Positions 47,131 through 55,271 of a stretch of DNA of 64,000 nt are shown here, piece after piece (within the stretch, counting starts at the first letter, position 1; every line of letters begins with the position of its first letter). A program made the translations under genes and the position numbers. The notes beneath the pieces are model-generated. The model was not told where the DNA came from. It was given only the letters and a program-made list of their open reading frames with translations, and searched no databases. Origin of the DNA: Gammaproteobacteria bacterium (GTDB lineage Bacteria > Pseudomonadota > Gammaproteobacteria > Steroidobacterales > Rariloculaceae); assembly GCA_029243585.1 (NCBI GenBank), contig JAQWRR010000041.1, positions 3,477 through 67,476 of the forward strand, given 5' to 3'.

Positions 47131-47958
47131 TCAGTATTGATCTAACCCTTCTGTTAGTTCAATTCGAACTCCTGAGGGGTCCGTGAATGCGGCAACTTTA
47201 ACTGCAATGTTCTCAATTTCACGAAACTCCACATCAAACTCAATACCTTTATTAACAAGGTTTTGGTAGAAGGCTTCCAGGTTGTCAATTTCAAAGCCAA
47301 TATGATCTAAGGATCGACCACGGGTTGGTGCCGTTTCCAAGTCAGTCCATTCCCCATTCGGTAGGGCGAAGCTCATATTCATTCCTGGCACATTTGTCGT
47401 AGTCTCAATTCTGCCACGTGGCCTAATTTCAAGATCAAAAACATCAACATACCAGTCGAGCAATTCAACAAACATAGGAGTGCGATAGTGTATGTGATAA
47501 CCGGAGACTTCTACGTTTAATCCTTGGTCCTCTTGAAGTTCAACCCATACACCATCCGGCATAGTGACATATCCGTTTGGAACGCCCTCAGAGCCAATAA
47601 ACTCCCTATCAACTGTATAACCAGCTGCGCGCCAATTTGCTAAAAAATCTTCAATGTTTCGTACCTTGAAGCCAATGTGATCCATTACTGAGCCTGCTGT
47701 GCCTCCACTAGATGCGCCTTCCTCTAGGATGATAAAAAAATTCGGAAAGCGAATAGCAGTTAGTCCTCTATCAGCTAATCCGCTTTGTTGGCTTACAACA
47801 CCACCAAAGTGATCAACCCAAAGTTTAGTATGAAGTTCTGGATCGGTAACCTTTAGATGAACATGGCCAAAAGCAATGCCAGAATCACTTGGTACCGCAA
47901 GTTGACCATAGCTTGGGTTAATGAAAAAAATTAAGGAAATCCAACCAAGTAGCCTCAT
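47131..47958 (-). CDS. Exported two-domain VOC (glyoxalase/bleomycin-resistance/dioxygenase) family protein
   Basis: Signal peptide present. FGHVHLKVTD and MDHIGFKV lie in the first half, LDHIGFEIDNLEAF in the second half. Confidence 0.65.
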   Translation of the reverse strand: MRLLGWISLIFFINPSYGQLAVPSDSGIAFGHVHLKVTDPELHTKLWVDHFGGVVSQQSGLADRGLTAIRFPNFFIILEEGASSGGTAGSVMDHIGFKVRNIEDFLANWRAAGYTVDREFIGSEGVPNGYVTMPDGVWVELQEDQGLNVEVSGYHIHYRTPMFVELLDWYVDVFDLEIRPRGRIETTTNVPGMNMSFALPNGEWTDLETAPTRGRSLDHIGFEIDNLEAFYQNLVNKGIEFDVEFREIENIAVKVAAFTDPSGVRIELTEGLDQY

Positions 47959-48060
47959 GATTAATCCTCCTAGAGTACCGTAGTCTTACTTATTTTTTTA
48001 TAAGATATAGATTGTATTGCATTGGTACCGAATACAGCCAGACAAAACCCATATTACATA

Positions 48061-48675
48061 CTAAGATTTTTTAGCTACTAATTGTGCAAGTGCTGCAGTA
48101 CGACCATCAGGATCTTTAACAAGGCCTTCATTATAAGAGAGAACTTTTAGTTCTTTAGCTGCATCATAAAGTGATTTGGGTGGAACGCGAAATTTAGGAT
48201 TTTTTGGGCCAATAACTTCTTTATTTGTAACTAGGTGTTCTTCTACGATCAGGTGCCCGCCTACTTTAAGAGCTCTATAAAGGTTTCTGATTAAAGATAA
48301 GTTGGTATATCGAATCATAATCGCAAGGTTGTATTCATTATCTATAAGATAATCACCTTGATTCTGAGTATCTCCACAATCTTGATGTAAACAGGTTATA
48401 GGCAATTTTTTCGAATTTGATTTTTTTTCTAAGAGTTCAAGAGCGACTTCTGAAATATCAAAAGCATCAACTTGCCAGCCATGTTGCGCTAGATAGATAG
48501 AGTTTCTACCAGTACCGCTTGCAATATCTACTGCTCGTAACTGGCGTGTATGGTTCTGTAATTTTGGTAACCATTCAGTTAATAGTGCACTGGGATGGGT
48601 GCGGGTTCCATATGCACCTTTCTTGTAACGCTCATTCCATTTTTTTTGACTGCTTGTATTCATAAATAAAGTCAC
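48061..48675 (-). CDS. Class I SAM-dependent methyltransferase (TehB-like)
   Basis: WNERY...SAM motif I AVDIASGTGRNSIYLAQHG, then VDAFDIS. 204 aa. Confidence 0.7.
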   Translation of the reverse strand: MTLFMNTSSQKKWNERYKKGAYGTRTHPSALLTEWLPKLQNHTRQLRAVDIASGTGRNSIYLAQHGWQVDAFDISEVALELLEKKSNSKKLPITCLHQDCGDTQNQGDYLIDNEYNLAIMIRYTNLSLIRNLYRALKVGGHLIVEEHLVTNKEVIGPKNPKFRVPPKSLYDAAKELKVLSYNEGLVKDPDGRTAALAQLVAKKS

Positions 48676-48829
48676 TAATAAGTTTTTATATTCTTATTGT
48701 CGATATTTCAGTTAAAAGTAGTTAACTAGATAGCATGATAAATCTTCAGATGATTAACTGATATATTGCCCTTACCGTTTATATTTATTTGTTGATCTGG
48801 ATTTTTTTTAAAATAGTTTTTTTAGCTTT

Positions 48830-49591
48830 ATGTGGAAATTTAATGGGGGTTTGGCTATGGGTACAAGATACTTTTTACCGATGCTTTTTGTCAGTGTCAT
48901 ATTGGGCGCTGACTTAGCCACTAAATCTTATGCAGCAGAAGCCGATTATCTTATGTTGCCAGCATTATCAGCACAGAGCGTTCCAGCCGATATTCATGAA
49001 GACTCACGAGCACGTATTCCGATGGTTCGAAGAGATAATCTAGATGTAACCGGACAAAATGCTTTTGATACTTATGTTACGCCTGGAACAGGTTATGAAA
49101 CTGGACTGCGTGGGCCTATCGGCATGTTAATGAATAGTCCTGTTCTTGCTGAAGCCATGTTTGATGTTCGTAATCGTGTTCGTTACGGGTCTGCAAAGGA
49201 TCAACGCCTCACTGAATTGACTATTATTACTACAGCTCGCGAGGTGGATAACCAATATATTTATACAGCCCACGAACCAGCAGCAAGAAGAAATGGATTA
49301 GAACAGGAAATTATTGATATTGTCCGGTTCCGTGAACCATTGGATGATTCAATTGAGATTTCTGGTCTTGGCGAAGAAGAAAGCACAATCATAAAAATTA
49401 CACGGGAAGCCATAAATGAAGAGAAAGTTAGTTCTGAGACCTTTATGAAAGCTGTTGAACTCTTTGGTAATGAAGGTGTCATGGACTTAGTTGGGTTAAT
49501 TGGTTATTACAATTTTATGGCAATCACTATCAGATCATTCGACATACATAGAAATAATGATAGCGAGCTATTACTGCCGATAAAACGCTAG
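48830..49591 (+). CDS. Exported carboxymuconolactone-decarboxylase (AhpD-like) family protein
   Basis: The hydrophobic N-terminus is followed by LTELTIITTAREVDNQYIYTAHEPAARRNGLEQEIIDIV and LVGLIGYYNFMA, a pattern typical of the CMD family. An alternative start lies at 48857. Confidence 0.55.
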   Translation: MWKFNGGLAMGTRYFLPMLFVSVILGADLATKSYAAEADYLMLPALSAQSVPADIHEDSRARIPMVRRDNLDVTGQNAFDTYVTPGTGYETGLRGPIGMLMNSPVLAEAMFDVRNRVRYGSAKDQRLTELTIITTAREVDNQYIYTAHEPAARRNGLEQEIIDIVRFREPLDDSIEISGLGEEESTIIKITREAINEEKVSSETFMKAVELFGNEGVMDLVGLIGYYNFMAITIRSFDIHRNNDSELLLPIKR

Positions 49592-49634
49592 TAGCCAATT
49601 ATGATTGATGGGTGTATTTCTTATTAGCAGCTAG

Positions 49635-50444
49635 TTAAACGCCGAATGCGAAAATACGAGACTCTACCGATTCCCGCGGCGCTACATTTTCATCAGAACC
49701 TTCTGTATCAAAAGCCGTGTGGACGCACCAGCGGGCTCGTCCATCCTTTCGGGAGTCATATGTCTTAATTAAAAGAACCTCATCGGGATTCATATTTGGG
49801 AAATATATCCATCGTTGATGTGGGTTAAAACGAACCACAAAAATTTCTCCTATACGGTCTTTCGATTTGCGTTCTGCACAGACTAAATTTTCTGGAGAGA
49901 CGCTTTGAGCATCACAAACTGCTAAAGGAAAAGATGTAACCTTTTTAATTGGTCGCCATATATTTATGATGCAAAAAGGTTTTTCTATTAATTTTTCAGT
50001 ATCGGAACCCATAAAATCCCGTAGACGTTTTGGAGCCGAGTTGGGCGTATAGTCGTTGTGAATAACAGTTGTTGGCTCTCTACTGAGTTTCTGTTCTCGA
50101 AGTTTACTGTCACCGGAACGGAAGGTATGGTCAAAAACGTATGCACTATCAGCGCCTGTTGCGTTTATGACTATTTCTTTGCATTCAGCCTCATATTTTT
50201 TTCTTCCAGACTCAGTGTCATATAAGTTTTCAACTGTGGTTGTATGGTTGATTAAGCTAAAGCCCTGTTTATCAATAGAAAAGGACTCCTGAAGTTCTCT
50301 TCCATTCAAGATATTAACTTGCTTCTTTTGATAGTCACCCGCTAGTTCTAGACGAGCTTCTGCGCCACCAATAGACGCTTGATATATTGGTTTTGGGCTG
50401 TTTTCAGCTAGGAAAGTGAGGAGTCCATGAGTACTCATAAGCAC
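49635..50444 (-). CDS. CmcJ/NvfI-like (AsaB-type) oxidoreductase family protein
   Basis: VFDHTFR...VIHNDYTPNSAPKRL...INIWRPI...PLAVCDAQSV matches my memory of this family. It is the last gene of the minus-strand operon starting at 55114. Confidence 0.55.
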   Translation of the reverse strand: MLMSTHGLLTFLAENSPKPIYQASIGGAEARLELAGDYQKKQVNILNGRELQESFSIDKQGFSLINHTTTVENLYDTESGRKKYEAECKEIVINATGADSAYVFDHTFRSGDSKLREQKLSREPTTVIHNDYTPNSAPKRLRDFMGSDTEKLIEKPFCIINIWRPIKKVTSFPLAVCDAQSVSPENLVCAERKSKDRIGEIFVVRFNPHQRWIYFPNMNPDEVLLIKTYDSRKDGRARWCVHTAFDTEGSDENVAPRESVESRIFAFGV

Positions 50445-50462
50445 AGCTTTTGTGTTCGCTGG

Positions 50463-51395
50463 TCAGGTCCAGGGGGGTCGCCCAGTCAATCCAATAAGAT
50501 CCACCATACGTTGGCGAAGTTCTTCATTAGGCAGCATACCTTGACCCGCTTTTAAGTTATCTAATAGGTGGTTAGGGCTTGAAGTCGCCTGAAGTGCAAC
50601 TGTTACGGCAGGATGCGCCAAAATAAACTTCAAGAAAAATTGCCCCCAACTATGACAATCAAATTCAGTAGCCCAGTCAGGTAGAATCTTATTCTCTACA
50701 TAGGGGAATAGTGCGCCTGCAGCGAATGGTCTATTAATAAAAACTGCCATTCCTCGGTCCATAGCTAAAGGCAGAATTACTTCCTCTGCTTTCCGTTCGG
50801 CAACGCTGTAATTGATCTGTATAAAATCCAGTGGTTCACGCCGCATAATATCGATGAAATCTTCATAAAGTTCTTCACGAGATGCGGTAATACCAATGTA
50901 TCGATAGATCCCTTGTGCTTTTCTTTCTTTGAGAATTGGAAGTTGAGTTTGCCAATCAGCCAAGCTGTGAACTTGCATAAGATCAATTTTCTCGACGCCC
51001 ATTTTTTGTGGAGAAGCATCCATTTGACGGATACCCTGATCTCGGCCATCAGCACGCACCTTAGTAGCAACAAATAAATTATCAGGTAGGTCAATTTGTT
51101 GGGATAAATAACCAAAAGCAGCTTCAGAAGGACCATAAGCTGGCGAAGAGTCCACGACAGTGCCGCCATGTTGGAAAAAAATCTCTATTACTTGCTTGAG
51201 CGGATCAAGTTCGGCTGGATTGTCAGCCACATCAAAAGTGCGATAGGTGCCAAGCCCGATTACTGGTAGTCGTTCACCTGTTTTTGGAACCGTCCTTTGC
51301 ATGAGCCCGTTCTGAGCATAGACTCGGGCTGGAGCAAGCGCTCCTAGCAAGCATAGCTGACTAGCATTCGCTAGAACCTGACGTCTGGAGATCAT
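50463..51395 (-). CDS. Aldo/keto reductase with a twin-arginine (Tat) signal peptide, second copy
   Basis: The N-terminal MISRRQVLANASQLCLLGALAPARVYA is followed by an AKR core (VVDSSPAYGPSE, YIGITAS, INRPF). Confidence 0.8.
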   Translation of the reverse strand: MISRRQVLANASQLCLLGALAPARVYAQNGLMQRTVPKTGERLPVIGLGTYRTFDVADNPAELDPLKQVIEIFFQHGGTVVDSSPAYGPSEAAFGYLSQQIDLPDNLFVATKVRADGRDQGIRQMDASPQKMGVEKIDLMQVHSLADWQTQLPILKERKAQGIYRYIGITASREELYEDFIDIMRREPLDFIQINYSVAERKAEEVILPLAMDRGMAVFINRPFAAGALFPYVENKILPDWATEFDCHSWGQFFLKFILAHPAVTVALQATSSPNHLLDNLKAGQGMLPNEELRQRMVDLIGLTGRPPWT

Positions 51396-51407
51396 AGACT
51401 AGCGGTA

Positions 51408-51848
51408 TTAATCTCGTTGTTGACGATATTCTTCAAGACGTGTTTGGACTATTCGCATTCGTTCTCCAAACTGACCATTTCCACCACCAACCTCTGTACC
51501 TGCAGCGTTTGTGATAAATGTCCACTCAATCAGGTTATCACCGAATCGTGAAGGCCGACCCAAGACTTGGACACGGTCCCCAGGCTTGAATTGATCATGA
51601 GTCCAACCTGCACGCCGAAGATTAATGATACTGTCGCCTTCAGCCATCCAAGATTCTGTTTCACCCTGTTCATTTGTCACATCTAAGTAAATGCGAGAAT
51701 GAGGGTTAACTGGTCGGAACTCAGTCACAGTACCTTCGATTTCTATACGTTCATCGACTATGTAGTGAGCAGCCGGATTGTGATGAGCCATGGAAGAAAT
51801 TGAAATTAATGCCATTCCACTAAAAATTACTAAGCTTTTACTAACCAT
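51408..51848 (-). CDS. Small exported His-His protein, copy S3
   Basis: The signal peptide ends in SSMA, then HHNPAAHY...GTVTEFRPVNPH...W.AEG...FKPGD. Confidence 0.65.
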   Translation of the reverse strand: MVSKSLVIFSGMALISISSMAHHNPAAHYIVDERIEIEGTVTEFRPVNPHSRIYLDVTNEQGETESWMAEGDSIINLRRAGWTHDQFKPGDRVQVLGRPSRFGDNLIEWTFITNAAGTEVGGGNGQFGERMRIVQTRLEEYRQQRD

Positions 51849-51863
51849 GTTTAATTCCTCTTT

Positions 51864-52691
51864 TTACATTTCACCAGAAATTGACTCACATGGAGCATCT
51901 ATCAGATTTACTTCAGGTGTGAAAATTCTAGTACGCTCTAAAACAAGTGGTTCTTGAAACATCACAGGGTCTATTAATGTGAATTGCCCATGTAGTCGCT
52001 TGCCATCCTCACTGAGTGTATAGCGTTCAATAGTACGTGCATTATCAGCATTATGAATATTCAACGCATCTTCAGCTATGCTCGCAGAGATATTTGCAGT
52101 ATCAATGACTAATGTTGAGCCCTCATACCAGCCAATTGAATGTCCTATTGCGGTGAGTGGCCCATTCTCTGGGTGACCACGGCCATCCATATAAACTACG
52201 CGATCAGCTGCTAAATCTTCTGGACGAATTATTATCTGATCCTGGTTTTGCTCGATAAGAATTGGGTCGTTATGGAGTATTGTTCTAAACACACCAAAGT
52301 ACTCACATTGGATCGAAGGGTCATCTGCATGATCATAAATAGCCAGGTAGTCTATTTGCTCTTGTGTATATAGGTTTCTAATAGCTAATCGATTGTAGTC
52401 TCTAACGGCTTCTTGAATCTCCAGAGCCGACATATGGTCATTTTCTGGCAGAAGGAGTTCACGAAGGTGATCATAGGTTTCCGATGTGCAGTTACAAGCA
52501 AATAAATCTTCAACCGTCCAGTCCGGATGTTCGATTGCCGTGACTGTTGTACTCCACATTCCACCAATAGCTGGTGGTGATTCTTGTGCCGTTAAGATTC
52601 GAGTGTCTAGCGAAAAGCCTAAAGCTATTAATGTAAGGCTGCTCAGCCGTAACAGATGATTCTGTATCCTAAGGGCATTTGTGTGTCTCAT
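51864..52691 (-). CDS. Exported partner protein, divergent copy L3
   Basis: The hydrophobic N-terminus is followed by IGGMW...VVYMDGRGHPENGPLTAIGHSIGWYEGSTLVIDT...LIDPVMFQEP and a C-terminal APCE. It lies 15 nt upstream of S3, so the gene order is reversed relative to S1/L1. Confidence 0.6.
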   Translation of the reverse strand: MRHTNALRIQNHLLRLSSLTLIALGFSLDTRILTAQESPPAIGGMWSTTVTAIEHPDWTVEDLFACNCTSETYDHLRELLLPENDHMSALEIQEAVRDYNRLAIRNLYTQEQIDYLAIYDHADDPSIQCEYFGVFRTILHNDPILIEQNQDQIIIRPEDLAADRVVYMDGRGHPENGPLTAIGHSIGWYEGSTLVIDTANISASIAEDALNIHNADNARTIERYTLSEDGKRLHGQFTLIDPVMFQEPLVLERTRIFTPEVNLIDAPCESISGEM

Positions 52692-52772
52692 CTTATCTCC
52701 TCAACTATTATTACAGTCGAACTTTAACTATATCCCCTTGTATAGAGATGGGGGTATATTTTCACTTATTGA

Positions 52773-53558
52773 CTATTCGGATGAATCTGGTGTCCATGCT
52801 CCTGTGAATTCATCAGGTCTCCTAAGACGACCATCACTACTAATAGAAAAATCTGACTCGGGTTCTCCTGTAATAGGATCTTCTTCACCAACATACTCAT
52901 AACGTGTTTGAACCCTTGAGTAGTTACCTTCGGCGTCACTTTCATATCTAACCCGTCTTCCAATTTCATCAAGCATCCCCAAAGACTGCTGAAACAGCCC
53001 TGGAGGTGGATAATCATCTGGAACTGTTCCCTCAAGAACATAGAGTCGACGATTAAGCATGTAAAGTCCAATGAAGGAACGAGATGCATCAGCATGGAGG
53101 ATTTGAATCTGGTGTCCTGGCACGCCATCTACCTGCCCAAAGGCATCATAGGTAATTTCGCCACTGTTACGCTTACGAATGTTCCATGCTTCATAAGCAA
53201 TACTACCCCTGATATCGCGCAAATGTCCTCGGCCCGTACAAGTATTAGGACTTACTATGTCAGTTTCTGCTGCAATTTGATGGCAGAGAGTCATATGCGC
53301 CTCTTCAGCTGCCGTATAGTCCACAACAGTAATCGCATATTGGCTGTCATTGCTTTGTGTGCTGTAAATACGGGCTGGAATGGTGGCACCAGACTCGGTG
53401 AGATAGTCACTCTCTATTACCTCAGGGTCTCCGGGGAAGTTCACAACAAACTGATCTTCTTGGTTTACGTATTTGATCCAGCCTTGTGAATAAGCAGTTC
53501 CAGACAGCAAAATACTAAGAGTAAATGGTAGGAGTATGATTATTTTTAATAGGTGCAT
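52773..53558 (-). CDS. Exported hypothetical protein (261 aa)
   Basis: Signal peptide ending in AYSQ and no recognised motif. It lies between S4 and L3 in the same operon. Confidence 0.45.
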   Translation of the reverse strand: MHLLKIIILLPFTLSILLSGTAYSQGWIKYVNQEDQFVVNFPGDPEVIESDYLTESGATIPARIYSTQSNDSQYAITVVDYTAAEEAHMTLCHQIAAETDIVSPNTCTGRGHLRDIRGSIAYEAWNIRKRNSGEITYDAFGQVDGVPGHQIQILHADASRSFIGLYMLNRRLYVLEGTVPDDYPPPGLFQQSLGMLDEIGRRVRYESDAEGNYSRVQTRYEYVGEEDPITGEPESDFSISSDGRLRRPDEFTGAWTPDSSE

Positions 53559-53588
53559 ATTTTTCTCCTCAAAAATTGGGTCAAATAA

Positions 53589-53963
53589 TTAGTCGAATTC
53601 TTTCTCTGTACCATCGTCCAGAGTTATGTAACCGAGTAAGCAACCTCTAGAGCCGTCTCTTAGTGGATGACATCTCATCTTCAGGTCGTCTCCCACCTGT
53701 ATGCTTTCTTGAGTCCAGCCATCTCGTCGAAGTTGCGTAATACTGGCACCCTCAATGGCCCAGGGTCTTGGCTGACCATCCGCATCTGCTACCTCAAGGT
53801 AGATCCAACTATGGGGGTTTAACCAATGAATCTCACTAACGGTACCCTCCAGAAACATCCATTCTGTCTCTACATAGTTGGCATGGGAGTGATGCCCCGA
53901 TGCAACTGGATTAATAGCTATGAGCATGAATATTGTTAAGACACTCGTTATTCTTAATCTCAT
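53589..53963 (-). CDS. Small exported His-His protein, copy S4 (no adjacent L partner)
   Basis: The signal peptide ends in VASG, then HHSHANYV...GTVSEIHWLNPH...W.IEG...VGDD. Confidence 0.65.
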   Translation of the reverse strand: MRLRITSVLTIFMLIAINPVASGHHSHANYVETEWMFLEGTVSEIHWLNPHSWIYLEVADADGQPRPWAIEGASITQLRRDGWTQESIQVGDDLKMRCHPLRDGSRGCLLGYITLDDGTEKEFD

Positions 53964-53992
53964 TAACCTCTCCTCAAGGAATTGCTAATTTT

Positions 53993-55114
53993 TTAGTTTG
54001 GATAAACAGGTACTGTAACTCGATCACCAAAAACGGATTGTAGTCCTGCAATGGCACAGGCCTCATCGTCGTTACTGCCGCCAACGCCGATCGCTCCTAT
54101 CATTTGACTATCAACCACTATTGGTAATCCTCCAGGTTCCAGGTGCCATCTAAATAAAAGGACAGATCGCGGTAAGCCATATGGTCTATTTGCTACTCCA
54201 GCTCCTCGCACTGAGGTTGGTGTTCGACTTTGTAAAGCTGTTTGCGCACGCAGTTTGGCTGATTCAATTCCGCTAGTAACCTGTCCATCCATGCGTTCTC
54301 CATGAACAGGGACACCAGAGGGATCTAATATGGTTAGTGACATTGTATCCCCACGTTCTGTTGCCCACGCACGACAGGCTAAGGCTACATTTCTTGCAGC
54401 ATCACCTGAGATTTGCGCTCCATTTTTGATGCCTGCTGCTGCAGCCCCTGAAACTACAAATTCAGGTGGAAGACTTGATGCTGGTGGTGAGTCCACAGTA
54501 AAGCGAGGGACTACCGCAACTACTGGTGTTTGTGGCCGTGGAATATCTTCAATCAATGGCGGCTGAGTGCCCATCACTTCAGTCATGGCCTTATGAGCAC
54601 AGATTTCATCACTCCACCCCTCAGCAATCCTTGGAGCAGATCCACCAACTCCGATAGCGCCGATTAGTTGATCATCCACAATGATTGGTAGTCCGCCAGA
54701 ATTAGAAAACACGCCGAGTTCTATTTGTTGCCATTCTTCACTAGGGTTACGAATCACGCGATTCATTCGTTCTTTGCTTGGTCCACGTATTTGTAACGCG
54801 GTCTTTGCCTTCATTTCTGCAGTTGCAGTATTTACCCACATTTCCCCATCCATACGATGAACGTAGACATCATTGCCATCATTGTCGAGAACATAAACAC
54901 TTATTGAGACCCCTCTTTCTCTAGCTAATTTTTCACACGCCATCGTAATGCGTTCAGCTGTTTCGAGGTTGATCGTTGTACTATCAAGTATTTCTCGTGC
55001 TGCTGGTCCTGAAACTACAAATTTTGACGGAACGCTTTGTGCGTTCGCCACTGAAGCTATTGCCAGCGAGGTAATAGCACAAAAGACGCTAACTCTTAAT
55101 GTATGTAAATTCAT
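53993..55114 (-). CDS. Exported protein with two tandem GlcG/DUF336 (HbpS-like, haem-degrading/binding family) domains
   Basis: Signal peptide present. The family signature occurs twice: SGGLPIIVDDQLIGAIGVGGSAP and PGGLPIVVDSQMIGAIGVGGSNDDE. Confidence 0.7.
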   Translation of the reverse strand: MNLHTLRVSVFCAITSLAIASVANAQSVPSKFVVSGPAAREILDSTTINLETAERITMACEKLARERGVSISVYVLDNDGNDVYVHRMDGEMWVNTATAEMKAKTALQIRGPSKERMNRVIRNPSEEWQQIELGVFSNSGGLPIIVDDQLIGAIGVGGSAPRIAEGWSDEICAHKAMTEVMGTQPPLIEDIPRPQTPVVAVVPRFTVDSPPASSLPPEFVVSGAAAAGIKNGAQISGDAARNVALACRAWATERGDTMSLTILDPSGVPVHGERMDGQVTSGIESAKLRAQTALQSRTPTSVRGAGVANRPYGLPRSVLLFRWHLEPGGLPIVVDSQMIGAIGVGGSNDDEACAIAGLQSVFGDRVTVPVYPN

Positions 55115-55271
55115 TTTTTCTCCTGCGGGGTTTTTCTATTTTTTGTGCTGACTCGAGTAAGTGACCAAAGAGTTTTTTTAGCTTTTTAGCTTTCAGTCTT
55201 TTGAACGCCTAATTTAACTAATCCTAGGCTACTGAATAATAAGACTAAAAGAAGTCTAAATATAGCCCTAT

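Noticed and set aside
50777-51169. 130-aa minus-strand ORF in an alternative frame of the Tat-AKR gene
   Set aside because: It lies on the same strand but out of frame within a well-supported AKR. Its leucine-rich composition is consistent with an off-frame artefact.
52766-53489. ORFs 52766-53128 (-) and 53094-53489 (+) overlapping the 261-aa exported protein gene
   Set aside because: The 52773-53558 ORF has a signal peptide and operon context. The overlapping ORFs have neither.
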